This document shows positions 48,098-58,686 of a stretch of 64,000 nt of DNA, in pieces. Origin of the DNA: Promethearchaeia archaeon. GTDB lineage: Archaea > Asgardarchaeota > Lokiarchaeia > Sigyniarchaeales > SOKP01. The DNA is taken from assembly GCA_046483985.1 (NCBI GenBank), contig JAWOCD010000115.1, positions 1 through 64,000 of the forward strand. Direction: 5' to 3'. The notes below the pieces were generated by a model. It saw only the letters and a list, made by a program, of their open reading frames with translations. It was not told the DNA's origin and searched no databases. The stretch's first letter is position 1, and each line of letters starts with the position of its first letter. The position numbers were made by a program, and so were the translations under genes.

Positions 48098-49294
48098 CTA
48101 AGAAAATCGCTTACCGAACCCACGATACGTTTTATACTCATCAATAAATTCGCCCTCCTTATAGATATGTACAATATTAAAGCGGGTCAAGGGTTCACCG
48201 GCTTTTGCAAAACGACAAAAGACCGGATCTCCGTGTTCTAATTTCACGGTCTTCGGATCGAACTTAAAGGGCGTTTGAACTTCCCCAAAACCTTCTTCTT
48301 CAAAAGTTTTTAACCCTTCGGGCTTGATGGGGACGGGCGGGGCATTTACTCCAGAACTCACGTATCCTCCAGAAAATGCTGTAACGATATCCGACCGGGG
48401 TTTTCTTACTATCTGCAATGCAAAAAACATTGCTGGGCTAAATTCATCAAGAGAGTCAATTGTATCAAACAAGTGGGATTTAAATAATAAAGATCCGATT
48501 CCGATTTCGGTAGTTGAGTTTTCTCGAGCTGTCTCCTGATAACATCCGGATCCCCCTCCGTTTACTACCTCTGGTTTAAATCCCGCAGATACTAATCCAT
48601 CTATAATTTTTTGACGTAATTGGTTGACATGTTTCCGGGAACGTTTCTTTAAGTAGCGGTATAACAACTTATGGTCCCCCAAGCTTGCGTTCTGTGCTTC
48701 ATATCCCATAATTCCGCGATATTTAAGATTCTTCTTTTTTTCAATTTCCTGGGCAAGGTTTATCACTTCTTGAGGTTGATTGAGCGGGCTCCGATATACT
48801 CCCACATTTTTTCCTAAAAATGTATCTGCTACGTCAATTTCGATGAGGATATCGAGGTTAACATTCATTTTTTCTGCAATTGGTTGTAATACCTTCAAAT
48901 GTTCTACAGAGTCTGCAATAACAGTTATATTTACTCCCTCAACTCCCGCTGCTTTACATGCTTCCTCTGCATCAACGGAGGACATAAAGGGGTATCCCAC
49001 CAAAATATCTTCAAAGTGGTATTTTTCAGCTAAAAAAAGTGCTTCCGCAGAGTTAAAGGCAAATACCCCCGTGACGAAATCCCTTTCTTCTACTTGTTTG
49101 ATGAATTCCGGTACTCGTACACTTTTTGTGCAAACTCTCATTTTTTTATTGATCTTCCGAAGATCTTTTCCGACTTTTTCCAGATTGTGATTAAAGGCTT
49201 TCATGTCACAGAAAGCGAAAGGGATCTTTTTTTCTTTTGTTATACCTCGAACATCTTCATATCGGGATTGAATAAACATCTCTTTATTTTTCAT
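48098..49294 (-). CDS. Fold-type III PLP enzyme (alanine racemase/DSD1-like amino acid deaminase/aldolase)
   Basis: RVCTKSVR, GIMGYEAQ, VNGGGSG, TEIGIGS, GGYVSSG, EGFGEVQTP, AKAGE. Confidence 0.85.
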   Translation of the reverse strand: MKNKEMFIQSRYEDVRGITKEKKIPFAFCDMKAFNHNLEKVGKDLRKINKKMRVCTKSVRVPEFIKQVEERDFVTGVFAFNSAEALFLAEKYHFEDILVGYPFMSSVDAEEACKAAGVEGVNITVIADSVEHLKVLQPIAEKMNVNLDILIEIDVADTFLGKNVGVYRSPLNQPQEVINLAQEIEKKKNLKYRGIMGYEAQNASLGDHKLLYRYLKKRSRKHVNQLRQKIIDGLVSAGFKPEVVNGGGSGCYQETARENSTTEIGIGSLLFKSHLFDTIDSLDEFSPAMFFALQIVRKPRSDIVTAFSGGYVSSGVNAPPVPIKPEGLKTFEEEGFGEVQTPFKFDPKTVKLEHGDPVFCRFAKAGEPLTRFNIVHIYKEGEFIDEYKTYRGFGKRFS

Positions 49295-49416
49295 CTCCTT
49301 TCTTTTTAAATAGTTATCTTAGTTTAAAATATATGACTAAAAGTTTATAAAACCTTAAATTAAATTTTATTTGAAATCGTGTAGCAACAAATAAAAGTAA
49401 TATAAACTATTATCCT

Positions 49417-49968
49417 TTGGGTAATATCGAGGGAAAAATGAAAATGTATGATGACACGTACAAGTTAGTCCTTTTTGGCGATGCTGGGGCGGGAAAAACT
49501 ACTTTAACCCGACGTTTTTTAACCGATCTCTTTAAATCAGATTTGAAAATGACTATTGGCGTTGATTTCCAAGTAAAGGGTCTAGAAATTTCGGGAAAGA
49601 TCGTTAAATTACAGATATGGGATTTTGGCGGTGAAGAACGTTTTCGATTTTTGCTGCCCACATATATAAGGGGAGCAAATGGAGGGATATTCATGTATGA
49701 TATTACCAACTATTCTACCTTGGCACATATTGATGATTGGTTAAATATTATTAGAAGTGAGTTAGATGATTATTTACCTATTCTGGTCGTGGGAGGAAAA
49801 GCAGACCTTTATGAGAACCGAGAGGTATCAATTGAAGAGGGTATAAAAATAGCAAGATCCAGAGAAGTAGAGGGATTTATCGAATGTAGTTCTAAAACAG
49901 GAGAAAATGTAGAAGAATCGTTTGAAGCTATTACAAAAATCATGATGCAAAAGAGCAATCTTATTTGA
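49417..49968 (+). CDS. Rab-like small GTPase with variant G3/G4
   Basis: GDAGAGKT, TIGVDF, KLQIWDFGGEERFR, GGKAD, ECSSK. True start is possibly the ATG at 49438 or 49444. Confidence 0.92.
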   Translation: MGNIEGKMKMYDDTYKLVLFGDAGAGKTTLTRRFLTDLFKSDLKMTIGVDFQVKGLEISGKIVKLQIWDFGGEERFRFLLPTYIRGANGGIFMYDITNYSTLAHIDDWLNIIRSELDDYLPILVVGGKADLYENREVSIEEGIKIARSREVEGFIECSSKTGENVEESFEAITKIMMQKSNLI

Positions 49969-50007
49969 GACTGCTTTTCTTTTACTTTTTATCCACTTAT
50001 TTTCCTT

Positions 50008-50892
50008 TTATCCTTTTTCTTCTTCTTTCTCCTTTTTTCCTTTTCCTTTTTGGCGCTCTTTTTGACGCATCCTAAGATCCGTTCGTCTACTGGAGACCAT
50101 GATCTGAAACTCTAAATCTTTCTTATATTTATCGGCAAAATCTATTAACTCTTTGATGATTTGTTCTTTATCGTATTTTTCATGGATATTTTTTCCTCCA
50201 AACATTGGGATTTCTCCGTAATCTTGAAGAAGGTTCGTTAGATCATTTGGTAAAACATCGGATCTATCTTTTATGGACATTTCCATTCCCTCACACATCT
50301 CGGTATATATCTCTTTTTGGGAGAATTGACAATAGACGCACTTATCACATCGATTTTTCATGATGTGAAGGATGATAAGCCCGACCAAAAATTTAAAATT
50401 TTTAGTGAGGAGTTCGATATCTTTATTATTGCTATATTCCTTCACCAACCCATCCGCCTTTGCATAAATCTTGGCTAAATAGATTGCCCGTATGAAATAG
50501 GGAGGCACAATACAAAATATGCGTGTAAACCAAAAAGGTTGGATGTTAACTGGGGGATCTTCAAAAAAGATGTAATAGACAATTCGTCCATCTCGTTCTT
50601 TATAGAGGGTTGACTCTTTTTTGAGCATATTCAGATACGTAGAGATAGTAGACCGAGCAATATCTTTAAAAAATAATTTATATTGCCCTTCAACTTCAGA
50701 AGTAGTTACCTTTTTTTTCCCCTCAATGTAATAATTTAGAATGATCCCTAAGATCCTGTTTTCATGGAGTCTCCCCGTTTTTATTTGCTTTTCCTCTGCC
50801 TCATCCTCACGAATATAATAGATATCCGCCACTTCTGGTGCAAAATCTTTGACTACGTCATCTAAAATGTCAAGATCGGATTTATCAGACAA
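50008..50892 (-). CDS. Winged-helix domain protein
   Basis: VTTSEV...IARSTISTYLNMLKKESTL...YYI HTH-wing pattern; CDKCVYC motif. Confidence 0.7.
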   Translation of the reverse strand: MSDKSDLDILDDVVKDFAPEVADIYYIREDEAEEKQIKTGRLHENRILGIILNYYIEGKKKVTTSEVEGQYKLFFKDIARSTISTYLNMLKKESTLYKERDGRIVYYIFFEDPPVNIQPFWFTRIFCIVPPYFIRAIYLAKIYAKADGLVKEYSNNKDIELLTKNFKFLVGLIILHIMKNRCDKCVYCQFSQKEIYTEMCEGMEMSIKDRSDVLPNDLTNLLQDYGEIPMFGGKNIHEKYDKEQIIKELIDFADKYKKDLEFQIMVSSRRTDLRMRQKERQKGKGKKEKEEEKG

Positions 50893-51168
50893 GCTGGTAA
50901 AGCTCCACTTATTATTAAATTAATTAATTTAGTAAATACTAATAATTTTTTATGCTAGATAATATTTCCTTTTCCTATTAAAGATCAATATTCAAAGGTT
51001 TTATTTGTTATTATTTAAGAGATAAATCTTTGGGAATATAATACCTATGTTTAATAATTTCATTCTTTTAGAAAATTATGAAAAGAAATTCTTATCAACA
51101 TATAAGGAAATAAATAAAAAAAGCGTAAAAGAAAAAACAAATATATAAAGAAAAATTAGGAAGATTGA

Positions 51169-52998
51169 TTATTCCTTTTTTCCTTCTGAAGGTTCTCCGT
51201 GTTCTTCGATGTATAATGGGTCATTAATCTGAAGAATTCTTCGTTGTACCTTTCCAATCATATTTTTGGGCACCTCATCAATCATTTCCACGTAATATGG
51301 TCGTTTGTAATGCGTCATGTTCTCTTCAGCCCATTCCTTGAGTTCTTCTGGTGTTAAATCGGAATCTTCTCTTAATTCCACCCAAGCTTTGACTGCTTCG
51401 CCGAAATCCTCATGAGGGATACCCGAAACTGCTGCTTCTGAGACGCCCGGGTGTTTCATAAGCAGTTCTTCTACTTCTTTCGGATACACGGAATAACCTT
51501 TGTATTTAATTAATTGTTTCTTTCTGTCTCTGATTTCTATGGTTCCATCTTCGTTCATAAACCCAATATCGCCAGTTAACAGCCATAAGGCATCAGCATA
51601 TTCTTGTATCGTTCTCTCGGTTGCCTCCGGTTTGTCCAAATATTTTAGCATCACTTGGGGTCCGTGAACACAGATCTCTCCCGTATTTTCTTCGCCAAAT
51701 TTAGTATCATCGGGGTCTCCTAAACAAATAGGTCCTTTACTGAAGTCATCAGTTGGCCAAATACCCCATTCAGTTCCAGGGAATGGCATTCCGATCACAC
51801 CAATCGGGCTTTCTCCGAACAAATTTCCTGCACTAACAACAGGAGTCGCTTCAGTTAATCCGTATCCCTCTACAATCCGTCCACCGGTGTTTTCAACAAA
51901 AGCATCCCGTACTGGACGGTGAAGCGGACCTGCACCAGATACACAGAGGTTTAATTTTCCCATGACACCGGGATATTCCTCGAGATCCTTAAATTCCGCT
52001 AATCTTTTGAATAATACTTCCGCACCAGCATATACCAATCCCTCTGGACAATCAAGTTCCTCAATGGTTTCACATAATTCTGCTTGCGAAGGCGGTTTCG
52101 GAAAGAGCATGATCCACCCACCGAATCTCAGCGTGGTATTCATCACCACTGTATGCGCAAAACTGTGAAAAAGAGGAAGGATACCTACACTCCCTAAATC
52201 GGGTGTTTCACCGCCTAACCAGTGCATTGATTGGGTTGCATTTGATACACAATTGAAATGAGTTAAAACAGCAGCTTTGGGAAGCCCAGTTGTTCCCCCG
52301 GTCATAATATATGTCGCGGGGTGAGTTTTTACGTCAATCTCAACCTCGGGCACATTATGAGGGGTATCCAATAAATCCATAAAATCTACGGCTCCTGGGA
52401 TATCCACCTTTCCTTTGGGTATTTTTCCGATTAATTTCCCTAAAAATCGTTTAAATCCGAGTCCATCGGCTAGATCCGCGAGGTTAGTGTAAATTACCTT
52501 TTCAATCGAAGATCTATCCAGGATTTTCCCAATATAAGGGAGTCCAAATTTCTCAGCGGACCCTTGATCAAAGACCGCGTCAAGTCCTATGAGATATTTT
52601 GGTTTGGTTATGTCTAATTGATGCAGAATTTCCATTGGTTTATACGTAGGGTTAATTCCTGTGACAATGGCACCGAGTCTGGTGATTGCATAATATCCAA
52701 TTATGTATTGAAAGCAATTTCCCATGAGCAATGCAACCACATCCCCTTTCTCGACGCCCATGTTTGCAAGTCCGGTTGCTAACGATTTTACATGGTCTTG
52801 AAACTCATTATAGGTCATATAGGTCTCCAAGAACCACATAACTCGGTTCTCACCGTATTTTTCCACTTGTTCATCAAGCATTTCATTTAATGTCTTTTCC
52901 TCAAACTCAATGTTTTTCGGAACGTTCTCTGGCCACCATTTCTTGAACCAGCGTTTATTTTCGTCTACCTGATAATCATCATCTTTTTTTATCGGCAT
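51169..52998 (-). CDS. Long-chain fatty acid--CoA ligase
   Basis: TGGTTGLPK, PLFHSF, EGYGLTE, TGDIG, DRKK, VYPKEVE, PKNMIGK. Confidence 0.93.
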   Translation of the reverse strand: MPIKKDDDYQVDENKRWFKKWWPENVPKNIEFEEKTLNEMLDEQVEKYGENRVMWFLETYMTYNEFQDHVKSLATGLANMGVEKGDVVALLMGNCFQYIIGYYAITRLGAIVTGINPTYKPMEILHQLDITKPKYLIGLDAVFDQGSAEKFGLPYIGKILDRSSIEKVIYTNLADLADGLGFKRFLGKLIGKIPKGKVDIPGAVDFMDLLDTPHNVPEVEIDVKTHPATYIMTGGTTGLPKAAVLTHFNCVSNATQSMHWLGGETPDLGSVGILPLFHSFAHTVVMNTTLRFGGWIMLFPKPPSQAELCETIEELDCPEGLVYAGAEVLFKRLAEFKDLEEYPGVMGKLNLCVSGAGPLHRPVRDAFVENTGGRIVEGYGLTEATPVVSAGNLFGESPIGVIGMPFPGTEWGIWPTDDFSKGPICLGDPDDTKFGEENTGEICVHGPQVMLKYLDKPEATERTIQEYADALWLLTGDIGFMNEDGTIEIRDRKKQLIKYKGYSVYPKEVEELLMKHPGVSEAAVSGIPHEDFGEAVKAWVELREDSDLTPEELKEWAEENMTHYKRPYYVEMIDEVPKNMIGKVQRRILQINDPLYIEEHGEPSEGKKE

Positions 52999-53157
52999 TT
53001 TAAATTTTCACTTTAATTTTTTTTTGAATAATGTTTTAAACTATCCGTTTTGTTATTATAAATTTTAGATTCCACTATTTATATTTTTAATCGATCTTAG
53101 AATTTATATCTTTTATATATATTTTATATATTTGGCAAGTAATCTTTTTCGCTTTCA

Positions 53158-53290
53158 TTGAGTTACCGATGCCCTAAAGGGAGATGGATTCGTAAATTAT
53201 CGAGAATCGCCGACACAGATAACATCGGTCTTTAATCCTCTCCAAACGCCAACCCCGTAGTCCCTACGGTTAGGGATGGACTTGGTTATT
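53158..53290 (-). mobile_element. Short non-autonomous IS200/IS605 derivative (PATE/MITE-like)
   Basis: Homologous to 35006-35078 (62/73 nt). On the - strand it ends in TCAA after the hairpin. A second GC-rich hairpin-like block lies at ~53251-53280. Confidence 0.7.
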
Positions 53291-53420
53291 ATCCATCAAT
53301 TACATCATAGTAGCGCTTCTTTATAAATTTTATAGGTAAAAGAGATAAAAATTAAAACTAACGCAGAAAATAAGAAGTATAAAAAATAAAAAAAATTTAG
53401 ATTAAAATTTGGGCACGAAG

Positions 53421-55487
53421 TTAAATCCGCGCATCTTTCCTCTTCTTGATGAAGATTGTAGCGACTCCAACGAGTCCAATTCCGGCAACTAATAAGATTA
53501 GCGCCCAGAATCCTTTGGCTTCAAAGACCATGTAGACGCTGAAGGTAGGATCATGCCAAATTCCCATTCCCGTGTTTTCACCAAAGTCGGGATAACAAAC
53601 AGCATATACTAATACTTGGAATTCGGCGCTTACGCGCACATCAGAAGCGAAGTCATCTTCCACAGTATCATTTTCCCCTGTATAGGTCTTGTGGGCTTCT
53701 TGCTCACTAGTCCATAAGGCAACAGGTATTGTATTCGTGGTTGCATCATAATCAGTACTCTCATCGCCAGGAGAATTATCACTATCTGAACTATCACTCA
53801 TTGTATATTTCGGTCCAGCAATATCGACAAAATCAAGATTTGCTTCAACCTCATCACTCAGATAATTCCCGATTTGTAATTCCTTGGTCTCATTATTGTA
53901 GTCTTCTTGACCTAATAAAGCTTGGGGATCCTCGGGGTCGGCTGCAGTGTTTTCAACGTTTAAATGGAAATGAAGTACAGTTGATGTGTAGAGGATCGTC
54001 ATATCTAATCCCTCAATATTATTTTCTGTGCTATTACTCATATTCTTCCACGGACCAAAGTTATGTTCTACCTTTACATCTCCTCTTGCTGCCTGCATTT
54101 CAGTTCCATCCGTTCCGGTAATGACATTATCCATTTTTGGTTCAAATTTAAAACCAAAATACATAAAATCGAGTTCATTAGGCTCACTACCCATATAAGA
54201 GTTCAAATCAATACCCAAGGGAATGGCAGAGATATTAACCTGATCGAGTGTCAACCCCCATGAGATTGAATTATCTTCAATTCTTGGCTTTTGAAATACA
54301 AATTCTTCAACGCCTCCTAACATTAGCCGATGAGTGATTTCACTTGTGGTGGGAATTTGTCCAGTTTTGTTTTCCCCGTCATCAGTGTAGGTAACATTTT
54401 CATAATCATCAACGGAAACAACTGAATCACCATTTGAGTCATTATAAAGGAATGCCCCGCTTAAATGATGGGAGAACAAAAAGAATTCAATATCACAGCC
54501 AGAAAAGGCGTCAGCAGGGTTCATATCTTCTCCGTCTAAAAATGCGGAAACATCTATATGAATCTCGAAATTTTTGATCCAGAGTTGAATTAAATCGAAG
54601 GTAAATTGAGTCCAGATTGTTTCTTTAATCTCGCCCTCGTTATAATTTGGCTTTAATAACCACTGCATGCGGCTATCTTTTGTTTCATTTGCAGTCTCTC
54701 TCCAGGATTCAAGTAGTTCATCATCATCATCAATTACACTGCCGTTACCATAATGCCACGTTCGGTTGACATTATAGTTATCATATGGTTCCAATTCGAG
54801 ATTTTGCCATGTAATAGGATTTAGGACAAAGAGTTCATCACCCGTAAATATATCATTAATATGAATTAAGAACCATGATAATGTCGAAGCAGCCTCTTCC
54901 ATTACTTCTTGATCCACTGATTCATTGTTCATTTCCGCTTCCCGAACTTTATTGATCAAATCAATCACTTTTTGAGCTGCATCAATGAAGGATCTATCAT
55001 TGTCCCAAATGATTAAGGTTATCCCAACTCCTTGGGTTAGGGTATAATTCGCCTTTCCTTTCCTTGTTACGTTACAGTACGGCTGATCGTCCAACGCTGT
55101 GGTATTATATTCGTCATTTTGAGGCAAGTAAAATCTATCAGACTCACCATCTTCAAAATCTATTGTCCCGTTTTGCGTTTGAGTTTCGTTAGCACTTAGC
55201 ACAAATACATTATCTAGAGTCTCTTGTTCTTCCAGAGTTAGTCCTTGCATAAAAAGGGTTTGAAAAACTTTTCCGATGAGATTTCCTCCATATCCTAAAG
55301 TGTTAAACATATTTCCGAATCCTCCTGTAAAAGCATCATACATCCCAGCGCCAGCTGCGGGGTCTTCTTCTATGGTATCGTCTTCCTCTTGCCCCATTGC
55401 AAATGTTGGTGCGGCAAGCAAGCCACTCACGAAGAGTACTACAATCATCAAACCTTTAACATTTAATTTTTTCATAATCGGTTTCAC
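53421..55487 (-). CDS. Secreted acidic cell-surface glycoprotein with C-terminal TM anchor
   Basis: N-terminal signal peptide, many NxS/T sequons, DSNGD Ca-loop-like motif, WHDP, then TM helix and KKRK. Confidence 0.8.
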   Translation of the reverse strand: MKPIMKKLNVKGLMIVVLFVSGLLAAPTFAMGQEEDDTIEEDPAAGAGMYDAFTGGFGNMFNTLGYGGNLIGKVFQTLFMQGLTLEEQETLDNVFVLSANETQTQNGTIDFEDGESDRFYLPQNDEYNTTALDDQPYCNVTRKGKANYTLTQGVGITLIIWDNDRSFIDAAQKVIDLINKVREAEMNNESVDQEVMEEAASTLSWFLIHINDIFTGDELFVLNPITWQNLELEPYDNYNVNRTWHYGNGSVIDDDDELLESWRETANETKDSRMQWLLKPNYNEGEIKETIWTQFTFDLIQLWIKNFEIHIDVSAFLDGEDMNPADAFSGCDIEFFLFSHHLSGAFLYNDSNGDSVVSVDDYENVTYTDDGENKTGQIPTTSEITHRLMLGGVEEFVFQKPRIEDNSISWGLTLDQVNISAIPLGIDLNSYMGSEPNELDFMYFGFKFEPKMDNVITGTDGTEMQAARGDVKVEHNFGPWKNMSNSTENNIEGLDMTILYTSTVLHFHLNVENTAADPEDPQALLGQEDYNNETKELQIGNYLSDEVEANLDFVDIAGPKYTMSDSSDSDNSPGDESTDYDATTNTIPVALWTSEQEAHKTYTGENDTVEDDFASDVRVSAEFQVLVYAVCYPDFGENTGMGIWHDPTFSVYMVFEAKGFWALILLVAGIGLVGVATIFIKKRKDARI

Positions 55488-55837
55488 AATTTTTTTTCTT
55501 TAAAATATATATCTTATTTCTATTGATGTTAATTTTGCTTTATAAAAATTTAGCTTCTAATTGAGTAGAATCTTTTTCATTTGACTTCAGTCTTAATAAA
55601 TAAACTAGGAAATGACCCAATAAGGGGTAAATCAGTCATTTAATTCTATTATTACTCCCATTAATTCACAAACGGAGAAATCTAATAGATATAAGAACTC
55701 TTTAATATAACTGATTCGTATCCGTTCGATATTTAAATAGATCTGCCCTATACAGACATTTGCTGGGAGATCATCAGAAATTAGAAAATGTTGGAGCTAT
55801 TGCAAAGAACAATAACACTGTAAGCGAATATTATAAT

Positions 55838-56334
55838 TTAAACATTATCCGAGTCCATCATAGTAAAAGAGTAAGGGAATACAAATATAAATAATATAGC
55901 AAGAATTATCAAGATCTGGACTCCACTAAACCAGGAGAAAGCCGAGACTTGAAGAACAAAAATCGAATCCGTCAACACGATCGAAATCAAATATCCTAAA
56001 AAGTGATTTTTAAAGCCAAGATACTCCCACCTTCCTTGGATAAAGTTGACGAACGAGGGTATGCCCATAATAAAGGATCCGATTTGGTAGAGAAAGGTGA
56101 TTACCTCAAATTCGCCAAATGCAAGAAACAGAAAGAAGAAGAACAGAGGAATTTAAAGGATCTTTACCATATTAGACGCCTTTTCTTTTTCTTATCCGCT
56201 CCCAATTGTTTGTAATTGTTTATTCCCCGATTCTTATGCATAATTAAGAGTGAGCCGAATTCTAAAGAGATAACTAAGTAATAGGACACCGTAAGGATGA
56301 GAGCTAACCCAGCCGACTCTTTTATCCTTGCCAT
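55838..56334 (-). pseudogene. Degenerate partial tandem paralog of 56387..57439
   Basis: SYYLVISLEFGSLLIMHKNRGINNYKQLGADK aligns with SYSLVTALAFGSLGIMYKNHGISDYKQLGIDK. A frameshift and in-frame TAA follow, then IPLFFFFLFL...YQIG...VNFIQG...FKNHFLGYL aligns with the intact gene. Confidence 0.85.
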
Positions 56335-56386
56335 TAATTAACTCGGCGATATAATTAACAAACTGCAGGTTGTTTTTTTGCCGGTA

Positions 56387-57439
56387 TTAAAGATAATCGG
56401 ATTCCAAGGTAAAGAAAGTGTAGAAAAATACAACAATAAATAATCCCGCAGAGAAGAGTAAACTTCCCACCTGAATAAGTTCCGAAACCACGAACTGGAA
56501 ATCCGGAATAAATATAAATTCGGTATATATATCCGAGAACAAAATGACTTTCGCACCCAAAAATATAATTGTAAGCAAATATCCGAAAAAGTAACTTTTA
56601 AAGTTCCTATCTTTACGTTTTCCCTGAATATAGTTCACTAACGAGCCGAGTATCATGATAACCCAACCGACTTGATAGAAAAAGTTTCTAACGGGTAAAT
56701 CTGCCAGCGTAAGAAATAAAAAGAATCCGAATAATGGCACTTCCCCTAATTTTATGAGTTCTATGGTTCTTTCTTTTTCTTTGTCAATACCCAATTGTTT
56801 ATAATCGCTGATACCATGATTTTTATACATTATTCCCAATGACCCAAAGGCTAAAGCGGTAACCAAACTATAGGAAATCTCAAAAATTAAATCCACCATT
56901 GGAAACCATATTTCAAACAAAACAAAAGTTGCTAACTCCAAGTAGTCGGGTAAAATACATATAGAACAAAAAAGAGGGATAAGTGCAGCAAATACCATGG
57001 AGATCTTCGTGGAAAAGGAGACCTTCTCATTAACCGTCCAATCCTTCCGAAAAGTCGTTAATTTCCATGCAATGGATGCAAAACTTAGAATGGAAATGAA
57101 GGGTGTGATTAACGGAAATACAAAAATAATTATAACAAATAATGCATTGATACCGAAAAATGTTTTATAATGTATGGACATCGTTCCGACTTTATTGTCC
57201 ATCGCATCAATTGATTCGGCGGTGTGACCAGCAAATAAAAGTAAAAAAAAGACCCATGAAACGCTAAACACGATGGGACATAATACTTGCAATATCCAAA
57301 AGGTTAGCTCCGGATCAGTACTAAACCATAAAGTGAATTCAACTAAATTAAAAATAATAAAAATAACGATTGGGATTATAAAGATCGATACGAGTATAAT
57401 TAATCGACTCAGTAATATTCCTTTCACTCGTTTTGCCAT
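56387..57439 (-). CDS. Polytopic membrane protein (~9-10 TM)
   Basis: Long ORF dominated by hydrophobic helices. Confidence 0.85.
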   Translation of the reverse strand: MAKRVKGILLSRLIILVSIFIIPIVIFIIFNLVEFTLWFSTDPELTFWILQVLCPIVFSVSWVFFLLLFAGHTAESIDAMDNKVGTMSIHYKTFFGINALFVIIIFVFPLITPFISILSFASIAWKLTTFRKDWTVNEKVSFSTKISMVFAALIPLFCSICILPDYLELATFVLFEIWFPMVDLIFEISYSLVTALAFGSLGIMYKNHGISDYKQLGIDKEKERTIELIKLGEVPLFGFFLFLTLADLPVRNFFYQVGWVIMILGSLVNYIQGKRKDRNFKSYFFGYLLTIIFLGAKVILFSDIYTEFIFIPDFQFVVSELIQVGSLLFSAGLFIVVFFYTFFTLESDYL

Positions 57440-57599
57440 GTTCTATTCCACTCACGCCAATTATTTCTATAATAGTAAGGTAATCGTTATTCCTTATTAT
57501 ATAAAATGATGTTTGACGAGCATTCTTGTTTTTTAATATCAACTCATCGCATAAATATAGATTACCTTATATTATTATTAAAATTACACTTTAATATTT

Positions 57600-57985
57600 T
57601 TTCTTTATTCCATTAATCATTCTTATACCAATACTCCTTTCAGTTTCCCTCACCTACTCGATTCAGGCTCATTGTGAATACTTTCATTGTGTTTTTATTC
57701 CCTTTTCCTATTCCACCGTAAATACCGCGGTTGGCGTTCCGATATACTACAATTTAGTCATCAAAAACCCAAAGAAAATCACCACAAACACTACGGAAAC
57801 TATGACAAACCCAGTAAAGAACTTGATTTGATTCTCTCTGGCAAGGTTCATATCCGAAAATGCCTTTGCCTAACTTATTACCGCAATAGGAATGAAAGCA
57901 TTACACAGCACGAAATAGACAAGCCAACCCAATTGCGACCCGGAGATGCTCAAAAATTTTCAGACCTTAGAGAAGCATAGGCCAT
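57600..57985 (-). pseudogene. Decayed membrane-protein gene (possibly an ABC permease)
   Basis: Hydrophobic reading on the - strand (GWLVYFVLCNAFIPIAVIS*...FFTGFVIVSVVFVVIFFGFL...ERSIGIRMING) interrupted by several stops. Confidence 0.4.
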
Positions 57986-58027
57986 AAAGTTTTTTCTCTT
58001 TTTGAATAACTAAAAGTAATAAATGCA

Positions 58028-58462
58028 CTACAGGAATTCTCCCACAAATTCATCCGATGAGTAGACGGGAAAAATTCCGTTAGCGTCCTTAAAATCCCCG
58101 TCATTGGTTATTAAGCAAGAGGCTTCATTTTGCAAACAACTGGCAATAATAATGCAATCGGGAAGTTTCAAATTCACTCTACTTCTTAATTTACCCGTTT
58201 TGTCCGCTATTGATAGATCTAAGTTTATTATTTCATAATGACTATTCGCATAAAGTGTCGAAATAAATTCCTCTTTTTCTTTAATTTGTCCTTCTTGGTA
58301 ATATTTCACCGTTAATTCTGCGATGATAACTACAGAAACAACCGCATCTAATTTTCCTTGATCGATTGCGTCAAGAATTTTTTTGGAAAATTTAAAGAAT
58401 GGCTTCTCCTTATTTTTTACATTCAAAAAAATATTAGTATCTATTCCAATTTTCATTTCCAT
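58028..58462 (-). CDS. vapC: VapC PIN-domain toxin
   Basis: IDTNIF, IAEL, LPDCII, LITNDGDF. Confidence 0.92.
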   Translation of the reverse strand: MEMKIGIDTNIFLNVKNKEKPFFKFSKKILDAIDQGKLDAVVSVVIIAELTVKYYQEGQIKEKEEFISTLYANSHYEIINLDLSIADKTGKLRSRVNLKLPDCIIIASCLQNEASCLITNDGDFKDANGIFPVYSSDEFVGEFL

Positions 58463-58686
58463 TCTTCTCTTAATTCTTTTTGAAATTTTACGCTATCCAT
58501 CTTCCATTCTTTTTGATTTTGGAGTATATCTGACACATTTTTTGTTCCCGTTTTTCGAATAATGATTTTATCTCCCTTCAAATCGAAAATTAATTTATCG
58601 CCCTTCCTAATTCCTAATTTATCTCTAATTTCCTTAGGAATAGTTACTTGTCCTTTTTCACTTATTTTAGAAGTACCTATTATCAT
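58453..58686 (-). CDS. AbrB/MazE-type antitoxin
   Basis: KISEKGQVTIPKEIRDKLGIRKGD; overlaps the start of vapC. Confidence 0.92.
   Translation of the reverse strand: MIIGTSKISEKGQVTIPKEIRDKLGIRKGDKLIFDLKGDKIIIRKTGTKNVSDILQNQKEWKMDSVKFQKELREEWK

Noticed and set aside
57687-57980. 97-aa + strand ORF
   Set aside because: Atypical composition; better explained as the antisense of a decayed membrane-protein gene.
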